Counted from the stretch's first letter, positions 36,408 through 49,951 are shown. The stretch: DNA of 64,000 nucleotides from Iphione sp. A-MEVVRFRX5 (GCA_976226885.1 OZ320322.1:47244001-47308000); one strand, 5' to 3'. Translations and numbers: made by a program. Notes: a model not told the origin generated them from the letters alone.

Positions 36408-38228
36408 GTGGTGCCCTCTTGTAGTCAGTTGGGGGGATGTTTCTCTATCTCTCGTCGTATTGTCTATCCACTACCCCTCTTTTCGGTTCTTCCCCCCATA
36501 GTGAAAGCCTGTAGTACATCTCAAAAGACTCTTGGCAGGACAACTGAACCCGCAGGCGATCTTTTATTACCGACATACATCCTTCCGGGCGTTAAGTCAT
36601 AAATCCACCTGGTGGGTTTCGAGTGAGGTAAGGGTTATCAGATCATGTCCCTTGGCTCTGAGTCACGAGATATACTACACGTTTTAATCACGTATTCAAT
36701 GTGGTGGTAGGGCTGTCTGTTGTCGTCGTGCGTCTCTCATACTACATCGTTCTTCTTCATCTTTCCCCTTGTTTTAAGGAGAAAGGATTGCCCCTTTCTT
36801 TTCTTAGTGCATGGAGGCACAATGTTGTTTTTTGGGCGCTGTCCAGTGACCCTTGTTGATAATCAGGTTATGTTGTCGGTCATGGTAGAAGCTGCAAATA
36901 CTGGCTACACGCCATACCTTCACAACCAGACTGTACAAGCGATCATCCCCAGTTGCATTTAGCCAGACCGGACCGGAGTTAGAATACAACCGAAAAGCCT
37001 ACCACACCGGTTCCCCATCGACCAAGTTTCGTGTTGAACAGCCGGCTTGCCATATACATGTACCCCCAAAGCCTAAATGTATAAATGAAATACGATCACA
37101 CATGTGGACCTGATCTTCTATTATCAACTTGACCGATAGTGTAGCCTTTATATCGAGTTCTACCTGTAAACGTCCATCTGTTAGTAGTATATGAAAGGAA
37201 GCGGAAGTGGAACCTTTCATTTCCTATTACTGTTGCTCCGTACCCTATCGTCTGTAGTCTCTGAACCGGTGTTCTTTTTACGTTGCAGTATATCCTCGTT
37301 TTATTTTCAGGTGTAAACCATTCAATATCTATAAACATGCATAAATCAAATTAATATTTTCATTGACCATCTTTCTTATATTGAATAGACCAAAGTGTGT
37401 CGTACTTCGTGTCTGCTATTAATTTCTATTTTGTTCCTACCTCTACCGTACTTATGTATTTCATCTCATCTTCATATACATGTGTACTTATTTTATTTGT
37501 TGGCGTGCATTAACTATTCATTCTATGATGTCTATGTGGTACCAGTTACAGTTGTGGAGCATGGCCATTTTTTAAGCTTTTGCATGACTTTTCTACGGTG
37601 ACTCCGGAAATTAATGACCTTTGGTGCCTTCTACAGTTGAATTTATTTATTCGTTTTAAGTGAGCGACATTGCTTACGGCTTGATTATGGACGTGTTTAG
37701 TTTCCAAGTGACAATATTGAACAAAATTATCCAGCTGCCAAATTCCTATACGCACACCAGAAGCCAGACTATGTTGTCAAAAGTTCAGTTTTAAGAAATT
37801 GACAGAAATTAAGCACGTTTATGTGATTTTTAAAAATGTTTTATCTAATAGGTATAAGGTTTCAAGTGTATTTGACATGTGACAACATCCTTCGCAACTA
37901 CTTCCTGTCCACCTTGTTAAAGTAAAGGACAGAAACGATGATCCTATTAATATTGGTATAACTTTTGAAAATACTTAACAGCCATTTCTGATGAGCTTAA
38001 ATTAATCAACCCCATGCTTTATAGAGTGGCTACACATGTACTTGGTGCTACACCGGATCAGCGGTACCCAGTCCAAATTTTTCACCGAGAACAATACTCA
38101 TCGCTAATTTATAACGAATGTCGAATAGCCGAATTCAAACTATTTCACAAATAGCCTCAGTCGCCGTAAGAGCTTTGAAAAGTCGATCCGTATCAGACCC
38201 AAACTCATACTATTACTTGCCCTTACAG

Positions 38229-38475
38229 CCGGTTACAACGGAGGAAGTGGAGAAAGCAGCCCATCGGATTTCCCCTCTTGCTCTGAGCATGGTAAAACCA
38301 CCGGACCCGGAGATGTTACAAGGCATGTCATTGAAGGATCAGAAGGAGTTCATGGCAAAGTGGGCCACGGAAACGCTCCAGCAGCTGAGCTCGCGGCCCA
38401 CCTCGCAGACTGGCTCTAGACCAACGTCCAAACCAGGGTCAGACGGGGAGGAGGAGCTTGAGAGCAGCTCAAAAG
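38229..38475 (+). CDS. SVIL: Supervillin-like exon (phase 0/1)
   Basis: Acceptor ttgcccttacag|CCGGTT begins PVTTEEVEKAA, completing the TQ|PVT motif across the junction. Donor AAAG|gtaaac; a second in-frame donor lies at 38548. Confidence 0.88.
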
Positions 38476-40454
38476 GTAAACTTCCCTTGGATTTACCATA
38501 TGCATGTAATATCACAGTGTTTGATAAGCAGGAGAGCAGCTCAAATGGTATGTGTCAGTGATTCCACTCCCTAGGGTAATCCCATTGATTTGAACTGTGG
38601 ATAAAATGCAGTCAAATGTCAAACCTTCCGTGGTCTGAAGATATTCCCAACCGAATCATATTTTCAGCTAAATGGAGTGTGCCGTTGTCATACTTCGACT
38701 ATTTTTAGCAACCAGGCAATGGCGTAGTTGTGATGTATATGTATAAGACTGCATATATGACTGTATGTGTACGACTGGTGGTATGTTGCTGCCTATCTGC
38801 AATGACTTCGTGAGCTCCCTTCAGCACAGAATTGCCACAGCTATGATTTCATATGCGTCCAGAAGGAGATTTTTTTTCCTATTATTATTTTGTTGCCCCT
38901 AGGTAAACATTAGTTCATAAACTATCCACCTACAGGAGCCACTGGTATGTAACAACAGTATAACATATCCCCTTAGAAGAAAGGGTGAATGGAGAGACAT
39001 TATCCTCTGTATGGTGTGGGGGTGTTACTTGTAGCTAATGAAAAGTGGTTATTAGACACCATGCGTATGATTTATACTTGTTATTGGTTGGTGGGAGGTT
39101 ATGTAAGATATCAAGCAGCAGAATTTAGATGCGCCAGACACTCGACATGCCCTCGAAAGGCTCTGATCTATTCAGGGTCTAGTATTCATGTGTTTGATGA
39201 CATAATCGCTATAAACAAGGTCTATGGGTTTTATACGAAATGCATCCTTACACATACACATATGTAGAGTATTATTTATTCTTTATAATCAATTGTCGAT
39301 GTAGAATCATAGCTACGCCACTATAATTGTTATAAGGATATAGATGCATACAATAGTTTAACCAAAGATATATGCGTGTACATGTCGTACCAGTGTGTAG
39401 GATTTAGTCCGAGAGGTCCTCTGCTACTCAGACTCCATAGGCATTTCTCTCTTTCACACCGATGTCCACACATACGTAGAGACACACGCACATATACATG
39501 TATGGTGTATTTATACGGGAGTATAATACACTGGTTGACGGGGTCATATCAGTGGTCCCAGATAACACGTTAGCTAGGTTGCTATGATGCACCTATTATA
39601 TATGTGGTTATTTTCTGGTGTTGTGCACTTCTGTATTAGAGACCGCCACAACACTGCTAACACTGAGGACCGGGCTCCGACATGGCTTATTGTAAGCGAC
39701 CCTGATACACAGTATTTACATTAATTTTCTTTGTCATAGCCAGGTTTTAATACCTCCATTGGATTAGCATTTTGGTTTGTCGGTGTACACGTAAATACAT
39801 ATGTAACTTGTATTATTTAAGAGGCGATCTACGTTCGTTTGCGCCAAAGTAACGATTCCGTAGTATCTGAAACTTGTGTGTATACGATGTCTATATGTTC
39901 TTCAGAGGTCATCCGCATAGAAACTGTACTTTGTCATGATACATATTGAAATGTTTATGCATTGAAATAATCGTTGATTCTGACAATGGCGTCGATTTAT
40001 CATCTGAATAAGCAGAATAATTAGGTTTTTATGCGTGGATATAAATAAGCATGGCTACGATCTGTATGTGTTCCACTATGTATACATGAACGTGAATAAG
40101 AATCTCGTGCTGTAATGCAGTTCAGCGTTTCCCGACTGAAGGCCCGCATCGAGGCCCTTGAATGGGGGCGGGGTCTATTTTTAGGTTCAAGTGGAACTCG
40201 TCAATAAGTAATTTTTTTGCTCTATTGATATTTTTCCAAGTGTTGCTCTACTGATAGGTGGGATGGAATGTGTTCCACGAAGCGGGGTAGGGATACCAAT
40301 ACCTGTACTGCTGCCACGCAGACAACCATAACACTTTCATAGATAATTTCCCTTTCCTAGCTCACAAAGATGCTGTGCTACTTGGGGACCTGTTGATATC
40401 CATCATCAACATACATGTACATGTATATGTAAATGTCTCCGTTCTATTCTCCAG

Positions 40455-41133
40455 ACAAGTCTTCTGTTCGTGGAATCTTGAGGCCGGAACAGAAGGCGGA
40501 GCTGGAGAAGGAACTGCGTGGTATTCTCCGGGCGGCAGGGGCACCCTATCCCCTGGAGCCTTCCATCCCCTCGGTCCGGGCCGACCCGGTGGGGCCGGTC
40601 AGGCAGCCCCCGAGTATCCTCAAGAAGGAACAACCCACCCAGCAATTCGCCGACCAACCCCAGGCGAAGAGTATCTTAAAGAAGGACTCTGCGTTCGAGC
40701 AGGGACGGCCTGAACCCGAGAAGAGCGCACTCAAGAAGGAGAGCACGTTCGAGCCGCGGGTCACCGAGCCCGAGAGACCTAGCCTGAGAGCTGACGCGAG
40801 GTCGGCCAAGGTCGAAGAGAGCAAGAGCATCCTACGCAAAGAGGTGGCGTCCGCACCTGAGGTGCGCAGTGTCCTCAAGGTCAGCTCCGTCGAGGTCAGC
40901 AAGACGACCGAATCAACACGGGGCATCCTGAAGAGCCGAACGAACGTGGAGACCGAGGTGCACAGCATTCTCAAGCCGTCTGACCTTGACCAGGACCAGG
41001 TGCAGAGGTCAGGTCAGAGTCAAGCGAGCAGTACGGAGGACGACTCGTCGACGAGCGGCGGCGGCAAGAGGATTAAGAACGACGCTGTCGCTAGGCGGAG
41101 ACACCATCGTGAGCTGCGAAAACAAGGAGAAAG
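40455..41133 (+). CDS. SVIL: Supervillin-like exon with a SILK/GILK array (phase 1/2)
   Basis: Acceptor gttctattctccag|, donor GAAAG|gttagt. DKSSVRGILRP... compares with recalled human SPVRSILKS. Confidence 0.87.
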
Positions 41134-42935
41134 GTTAGTCAGATTTACATGTATTGGCAGAGGTACACATGTAGGCCTACATACATACATTCATATAGTC
41201 TACACACTGTCAAGCCATGTTATCCGACATGTAAGTATCAAATCACTCATTGTCTGACCGAGTTTGAAACTAACTTAGGTGGAACGAACGCTATACAATG
41301 TATCTTACATCCAATGTAACACACATTGCCGTATCCCAACTTGGGCTCACTGTAATTGAATTATACAGTAGGTATGTTTTACTATTACTGATGTGATATT
41401 GAAATGCTGTGCCTTATAAAATAACCTAGAATCTAAACGTAGAATATGAGTGCACTCAATGATAAAATTGTGGGTATTGTGTGCATGAAGCGTTTCGTTG
41501 TAAGCAACACATATATACATGACGTAGTCACATGCACATATATCATCAAGAGGTTTGTTGTTAGTAACTGGGAACGGCTTGATGAAGAGGTAGGTACAGC
41601 AACATAAGATCCAAGTACATACATTGGGGAATGTTGTCTCCTCCTCTGTGTGAGATATTGAACTGAATGGAATCTTTGTTTCACTTCTCAGGTAGGCCCT
41701 ATACATGGTACTGAAGTCTTACATAGAGTTCATAAGTTGTGTCCAGACGTCGACCCAGCCCCTGGGCTGTTAAAGCTAGCTAGGAGTATTTTCTTTAGCA
41801 GGCCTAGCTGTTACTGCCGGTCGGGTACCTATGCATAATAGTATGTGCCAATATACATGCTGAAAATACCCACAGATATTCACACACGCACATACATACA
41901 ATTTGGGCGTCAACTGTGTTAGATCTGTAATAGAATATGTTAGAATATTTGTTTCCTTAAATGATAATGAGTGAAACTCAAAGAAACAAACCTATAGAAT
42001 ACTACACGTATACTTGTACACGTAGCCTACGTATATAGGCCTACGAGTTATGATTATGCAGTGGGACGAACATTCTAGAGGAATATCTTCCCGGCAATTT
42101 ATGCAAAGTAACCCTTCTCAAAAATTTGATGTGGTTCATGCACCGGTCGTTATATCTCCTAGTATTTGCCGCCAATGACTTTTATCGTTATCTGGACAGC
42201 CCTGCGAATATGGAGTACCAGCAGGCCTACTTATCGGTACTTTTGTATCATATAGGCGTTATGGTATCAGAGATAGACCAAGACACTTGGTTTTAGCCTT
42301 GACTTATTTGGGCATACATGCGTTTGCATACGGAATCACACTTTTCTGAAGAATAGTTAAACACATCCGTCACTTACATATCATAGCTAGAAAAGTCAGC
42401 TGGAAAGGGATATGCTTTTTAGTTGGAAGACGCATTTTGATGTTACGTGACTGGAGAGAGTTTTTTGTTGCTTATTTGAAGAAGGAGTGTCCGATTAATT
42501 GTTCCCATAAATACCCCCCCCCCCCCTAAAATTCCGTCTTCCTGAAATTGGCCACTGCAGTATTCAGGGTTTAGTTATGTCAGCCTATAAATTCCTGTCG
42601 TTTCGTTCTTGGTGCGGTAATATTTTGTAAAGGTGATTTATATATTTCTGTGGCCATGAATGAATCACACAGTGGGCCTGCTGTTTATTTCAACTCTGTG
42701 TCCTAACCGTCAGCCCAACATACTTCCATCTGCTGACTTGAATGGCAGCAGTTGGCGCCTCCAGCATGACACGCTTGACTGCTCTCGGTGACAGGCGGCC
42801 TCCCCCGTGAGTCATAAAGGACTCGTCCATTTGAAACATTATATTTTACTTGTTTGTCATGGAAATTTTATATCACAGTCACTTAATCACATAACTAGAT
42901 AATGCTGATAGAAACGAAAATTAATGTGTAGTGAA

Positions 42936-43074
42936 ATTGGGAATCCTGGCTTTAAAACATCACCTAAACCAAGCGCGGGAAACCTGCCACCCCTACCGCA
43001 GAAATGGCAGGTCACAAAAGCTGACCCAAATTATGTTCTTCCGGGTCACGTCAAAAGTGAGCGGCGGATTCAAA
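42936..43074 (+). promoter_or_regulatory. Candidate cell-cycle promoter upstream of exon 43736
   Basis: ATTGG (reverse CCAAT) at 42936, E2F-like GCGCGGGAAA at 42973-42982, and GGCGG followed by reverse CHR TTCAAA at 43063-43074. Confidence 0.4.
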
Positions 43075-43735
43075 CTGGTTTGTCAAAACAAAATGATCCG
43101 AACTGGTCGTCATTTTCTCAACAACGGCGTCGAATTTTACGTTAATAGAAACTTCGAGTGACAAACCCGCGCTGTATTACCAAGGAAATCTACACTCATT
43201 ATACAGGGAAGCACCACATGGACAGTTAACGTGTTTTGTAAGTAAATGTACTTGACCTTAGCCCGACTGACGTTGGGCAACGAGCGATCTGTCTCTCTGC
43301 CTAGTACAGGAATTTAAATCATATTTTGTCACCGGCACTTTTGCGTCGCGCTTGGTTGAGATGCTCCTTTGTATGGTTTAATATTTGCAACTGACGAACT
43401 GTTCTCGGGGTGATATGTTGCAGTCTTTTCATTCGCCCACAGTGCCAAGTGACAGTTACACGAGACGGTGTGCAATCAACCAGTGCGCAATTTCCATTTC
43501 CGATGGCCAGACTGTTTTAAAAGACCTGCACGTAGTGTGACTTTCCGTGCCAAGGCATGAACACTCTTAATCCAAGCTGTCACACTGTGGACTGAAATTA
43601 TCAACATTCAACTGTTCAAGTATTACGCCGTCTTTATATCAGTGTCATTTGAGTGTTCACTTACAAGCATTATAGTCAGCTACTCAGTCAATAATAGTCA
43701 CTGAGGTAGATTAGAATCGAAGATATATTTGAACA

Positions 43736-46227
43736 ATGAAGCGACGCAGTGTAGATATACAAACAACCAGCAACAAACGGCAGAAGCCGACAGAAAATAT
43801 GTCTGACCAGTCATCACCTGGCAGGAGCCAGACTTCTCGACGCACCCCTCTCAGACCCCTCTCCGCCTTGGATCACCTCACCCCGAACCCCGCGTACCAG
43901 CTCGGGGGCAAGTCGCCCCTCCGTGGGGGGATCCATGTGGGCCTGTCACCGGCCGTGAAATATGCCGACCGTTCGCCGCCGGAGAAACAAGCGCTGACCT
44001 TTGACCCGCAGCAAGAACAGGTGGAAGACGTCGGTATGAGGGCCAAGCCCCGCACCCGTAGAGCCGCCAGAGCAGCGGCCGCTTCTGCCACTTCCCCCGA
44101 GCCCGACGAAGAAAGCAGCGACATTGTGAAGCGGCTCAGAGCTAAGCTGAACGCCCGCAAGAAACGCGCTAAAGAGGCAGAGCAGCGGCAGGCAGAGGAC
44201 AAGGAATCCAGCGACGTTGGGACGTCTGGATCCACCGGATCCGGTTCCGGCGGATCTGAAGAGTTCAACCTGGGCGGTTCGAGCGAGGAGGACGCCGAGC
44301 TGAAGGCGGCCAAGACGGCGAGCGCCAAACGCCGCGTCCTCCTGCAGAGACGCAGCAAGTTCCGCATGAGCGTCGTGAAGCAGGTGGCGGAGGCGCGGAG
44401 GAAGTCGGGCCTGAGGAGCTCCCCCGAGGAGGAGGAGGAGGAGCCGGAGAATCTAAACAACGAGGCGGCGGCGGCGCAGCCGGCGGAGGGGGCCACTGAG
44501 ATGGATACAGAAGATCAGCCCGACGGTGACACACGCCAAACGACAACAGAGGGACGCCGCTGCAGCGAAAAAGTTGTCGGAAATAACGACGTTGACTTAG
44601 CGAGGCCGCATATGCCTAGGTCTAAGCGGGCGAGATCAAAGGCGAGTTCCTCCTCGGAGGATGACACCGCTGGCAGGAGCACAAGGTCGGGCCGCCCGCT
44701 TCCTAAGAGACTCATGAAGCGTCTGACAGCTGAGAAGGAGCCGGACACTGGAGGGAAGAGTCCGCCAGCAGACGGCGAAAATACTCCCGAAATAAAACCA
44801 GAACCAACAGAACAACGTGCTGGCGAGACGAGGGAAAAAGACATCGCGGGAACGCCCTCCTTAAAGAAAACTATATCTGTCACTGAGCTCACCGGTTCCG
44901 GATTGGTGTCGTCCATGAAGAGAGGGTTTGAAACTGGAGCTGCTCGTTTAAAAGAAGTTACCGGAGGAACATGCTCAGAGCCAGAGAAGACGCGTGATTC
45001 CGAATCAACGGTGGAAGTTGTTGAATTGAAAGTGCCCTCCTTGATGCCAGTCACTCCAGCTGAAAAGAGTCCGATGAAGACATCGTCGTCCGGTGTGGAG
45101 AATAAATCTTTCCGGGCCGAAATAACTCTGAATTTAGGGGTCGATGAGAGCCTATCCGAAATGGAAGCAACAAGCCCATCAAGGGAGATCACACATACAT
45201 GCGCGGTGAAGAGTTCTGAAGATCCGAGATCAGGAATAGTGAAGGAAATGTCCGGTTGTTTAATAGCGAGCAAATCCCTAGAATCTGACGGCCGAGGAGG
45301 TGAGCAGCTCGTACCAGCTGGAGACCTGAAGGAGGATTCGACTGTGAAAACAGGTCATTCTGAAGCAGCCACTGCACCAACACCTGCCACACCCTACTTG
45401 AAAGTTGAGGGGAATGCTACAGAAATGGATGATAGCACACAGAAAAGAATAGTGGCCGGTGGAGATATCAGTGTCAGCACTCCATTGCGACCTGCGGAAG
45501 AGCGGAGCAACAGGTATGGCCTTGGAGATGAGATTGGAGAAAGCACTCCCAAAGTGAAGGACATGTTGAAGGTGTTTTCTGCAACCAAGGGGAGTCAGTC
45601 TGACCGCAAGCCTCTTCGTCAGAGGCCACCAGATAAGGTGAGAAGACAGAGCCTCGAGGGAACCCCTACCATGAAGGAGATGATGAAGCGCTTCCACAAC
45701 AGCATACAGGCTACCTTCGGGAGTAAGCTGCTGGAGGAGTCCTCCCCGGAGGGACCAGAACCTGAGAGTAATGCCAGCACCAAAAGACCATTGACAAAAA
45801 CCACTGACCAGGCTGCTGACCACACAGCATCCGATTCCCTGGGCGGTCAGCGAGATGCGGCGTTAAGGACTGGTCAAGACCTGGTTCACGAGAAAGAATC
45901 AAGGGGGCAGCACCATGTTAATCTCCAGCAAGATGTTATATCCTCTCCCAAGAAGAAGACTCCCAGAGTGGACGAGGGTCTCTGCCCAGGAGATGGGGTC
46001 AGGGAGAAGCCGGCTAAGGTGTCCTTCTCCCCTTTTATTCTCACCCGGACCATTTCGCTCCGTCGGGCTGAGGACAACGAGAGCTTGAGTAGCCCCAGCG
46101 TCAGTGGGGAGAGTGTCGACGACGAAAGCTTTGAGCAGATGTTCACTCTTAATAAGGAGGTGCTCCAGGAGGAGGGTGAGGAGCAGGACGAAGAGGAGGC
46201 TATGGACATACAGGAGGAAGATGAAAG
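43736..46227 (+). CDS. Very large alternative first coding exon (about 830 aa, intrinsically disordered), or first exon of a separate nested gene
   Basis: ATG 43736 with an in-frame TGA 6 nt upstream; 834-codon ORF. Donor GAAAG|gtatgg at 46228 is phase 2, the same GAA AG ending as exon 40455-41133. No poly-pyrimidine acceptor at the 5' end. Confidence 0.72.
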
Positions 46228-49200
46228 GTATGGTCCCTAGTGTAGACACAGGTCTTACTGTTTGATTTTGAAGCCGTCCGTTCAGTGCAGTTTGCCTTTT
46301 TCACCGGCATAGTTGTTGACTTACTTTCCCTAGATGGTGTTTGATAGTGGATAAGAGCCCGTTTTCATTCGAAAGTTGATGAGTGCAATAATGGCAGCCA
46401 TTTTGCCCCAATGATTGGCATTTAAATACCCTAACGAAGAATGTGGCTCGATAAGTAAAGGTTAAAGTGAGGGCAGATCCCTAAATATAGCCTTCACACT
46501 GGAGGAATGGCTTGTAGGACCCACTTGGTCGGACACTGAGTAAAGTCTGTCTTAGCAGCAGCGACTAAGCAGGCTGCCCTCATAATTTTTATACACACTG
46601 AACCAAGTAAGCTGGTTTGGAGCCAAGCCCTTTTAACCGTTGACTATTGCCGGCAATCTTTCCGGTCTGCTGAGCACGGTAGCAAATCTGCAGCTCTGCC
46701 GGTGTATGTCGGTAGTCATGTGGGTTGGATCCGTTATGTGACATGCTCATATTGTTCCTTTGAAATCCATTAACATTTTATAAGTCACAGGCGCGATAGA
46801 AGTAACCGTTTCCTAAACATGGCCTTGGGGGTTATGCCAGTAGAATTAGTTTGTCTAAGGTCTTTCTGGTACGAATCTCCCTTCTCTCGAGAAGGAGGTG
46901 GTGGGAGGGGGGGGGAGCTAAAGAGAAAATTTTCTTTGCGTTGATCTTTAATGATGTGTACTCATGCTGCTTTGATATATACGACCATAATAATGTATTT
47001 CAGTTTATAATGTTTCTCTCTGTTCCTGTCGTATCTGACGGTCTCGTCTGGAGGCAAGTCGAATATCAGTAACTCTGCGTTTCTGTGTACTTTATACATG
47101 TATGTATAGCTCAAGTACATTTCCACTGTATTTTGTTTTATTTCTGTTGTTCTGTTTGCTCCATTTAGAGACGACTGTTGACATACACTCGATTTACCTC
47201 CAGGCTTTGCCTAATGTACATTGTCTGTAAACAGGGTTTGTTTTTGTTTACTTTTAGTATAGTGACTGATTGGGTTCTGGGAACAGCGTTCTCTTTGTAA
47301 TGTGGGTGCGATTATTTGAGCGTCAGTGTGTGCGAAGGTACGTCTTCGCTTGTCATCCTGTGTGCGTGCGTGTGTGTGCGTGGTCGTGACGAGGCACACC
47401 TGTCCCCGTTGGGGTGTGGGGGATCTCTACTTGACCTTGACTGTAAAGGTTGACCTCCGTAAGTGAGATATGATCTCACTGGATGACCTCAGCACAGAGT
47501 GAAACCTTGGGGGTCGGCGCTTTTGGTGTGACTGTGGTCGGGGGGGGGAGTTATTTTAAAACCTTATTCATACAAAATATTTTTTTAAAATATAGGATTN
47601 NNNNNNNNNNNNNNNNNNNNNNNNNNNNNNNNNNNNNNNNNNNNNNNNNNNNNNNNNNNNNNNNNNNNNNNNNNNNNNNNNNNNNNNNNNNNNNNNNNNN
47701 NNNNNNNNNNNNNNNNNNNNNNNNNNNNNNNNNNNNNNNNNNNNNNNNNNNNNNNNNNNNNNNNNNNNNNNNNNNNNNNNNNNNNNNNNNNNGTTTGCTG
47801 AATTGTATGTCACTTCCTCATACGGGTTCATGTGTTTATATGCATCGTGTCTTTTCATATATTGGTGATATCTCTTCACATCAAAAATAATAATCTTGAT
47901 CAATGATCTATGTTCGGCGAAAGATGAGTTTGTGGGCTCGTTATTCATCATTACTGATAATAACCACGAAGTGTCTCGGGATCTGCCACTTATCTTGTTT
48001 GGTGGGTTTCTTTCCTGATACAGTCTTTACCATCTATTCATTGTGTCCTGTTACTGTCAAGCCACTGGGCAGTTGGTCTGTTTGTCCTGGAACCAAAACC
48101 CGACATATCGTTCACTAGTCTGGCATTATTTCAGACTGCATGTACTGGTAATGTCTCAGTGGGTCTCATTGTTGCGTGTATATTTTGGAACAGTCCATCC
48201 TTCTGTCAGTTGTTTACTTGGCCATGTTTGCACATCGTTGTTCAAAATCGTGCGTTTTATTCGATCTCAGTATTCACAATCGTAACAGTTTTATCTCTGA
48301 ATCCTTAGCCATTCAGGGTTATTTCTAGGTACGAGAGTACCGTTCAACTAGCCCCTGAGTGAGTCATATGTTATAGCTACCTAAATACAACATAGACAAC
48401 CCCCCCCCCCCCTCCCCAGCCTCCACCTGTTCACGGTCTGCTCACACAGCTCGTTAGGAGACAGCTGTAATGGATATGGGGCTTGCTCTTTATCCTTTTT
48501 TTTTTTTTTTTTTTTAGCTGAATGTACCTGTCAACCCAGGTGTCAATGTCAGTGAACGAGACCTGTTGACACTCATCTCAGGGGCTCTTTTGTTTATATT
48601 GCTTCACAAAGAGTACAACGAGTACAAAGTTCAAGCACCACCAGACAATACACGTATCTTCTTACGTGTTTCATACTGTACGCGAGTTTTAGTAGGGTGG
48701 AGGGGGAGGGGGGGTTAAGTAGGGGAGGAGGGGTTTACGGTTGTCATGGCACGGGGAGATAGCTGTGTTTATTTGTGTGATATGTGTAATATGGAGTGTG
48801 TAATGTAGAGGTGTGATTGTGTGGTTTTCTGTGGTGGTGCGCGTCTACCCATGATTTTGCATATTGTATATATATGTATATATGTATATATATGTGCTTG
48901 AGTAGTACGTGTGTTAGAGAAGTATCATGAATGTCCTTGTTACGACAGATTGAAGCAACGTCAGAGTGTGTGTGTGTGGTGTGTGTGTTGTGTGTGTGTA
49001 TGTGTGTGTGTGTACATAGATGTGTGTCTCTCTGTATTTGTCCTAACATTTCCTTTGCCCTTCATTGTCTAGACTGATTTTGTCTGGAGCATGTTGACGC
49101 TGCTAAGCCGGAGCGTCTTGAACCACGAAATCTTCTTCCATCTAATCCGTCAGACTTCCTCAGTCATGACCTTTTTCAAGATGCTTTCACTGAACACCAA

Positions 49201-49637
49201 GTAAGAACTTCGGATTCTTCCACTTTAGTTTGTCCTACTTCTCCACCGGCCATAGAAAGTTGGCGGCAATTATTGCAACATCAAAAAATGTACGTTACCT
49301 TTTTTCCCCCCATAAAGAAAGACATCAGACCATAAGAAGTCAGTAAGTGCACTTTCAAATCTATTTGTCCATATGCTTAGATTTGGTAATTAGGCTAGAC
49401 TTGGGCTCGCGTCACGATTACTTTATTAGAGGGAGATGGTAAGCTTCGGGTCGCTTGGGTAGGTTATGGTTATTGGCTCTAAGTGGTAGAGATTACACCA
49501 GATTAGGTTAATTACTAGGACTCGAGCAGTGGTTTACACATATATACCAATCAGCCAACACATCATCACCATTCTCCACGTATGACATGTTACTTAGCAT
49601 GTAGTTTTGAAAAAATTTGATACATATGATGATACTT

Positions 49638-49951
49638 AGTGTAAGAAAAAATACCTGTGTTTCCGGTAACATGATGAAAAATTAAAGGGTCGGTAGGTGT
49701 TTTTTTTAAATATTTTTTTTATAGTTTTAAGTCATACTGACACCAAATGGCACTATCAATTATAATGCTTTAGTTTTAATAAAACTGGTATCATATGAAG
49801 CTACAGCTGTAAAGAAGATAATGGTGTGCTGTACAAGTCTCAATCAATATTCATTTTGAAAATATTCACAAAACAAGAATGAGTAAAAAGTTCAATACCC
49901 ACAAAATTAGGGTCGGTCGGCTTACCGAAAAGAAATGCTTTTTTTTTACTA
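49638..49951. mobile_element. Degenerate MITE-like DNA-transposon remnant
   Basis: Imperfect inverted ends (taagaaaaaatacctgtgtttccggtaac / cttaccgaaaagaaatgctttttttttact) with internal gggtcggtagg and gggtcggtcgg blocks. Confidence 0.4.

Noticed and set aside
43873-46249. Several 90-250 aa minus-strand ORFs
   Set aside because: All overlap the GC-rich 43736 exon; typical shadow ORFs. The same applies to minus ORFs over exons 23451, 25391, 30524, 32483, 35466 and 40455.
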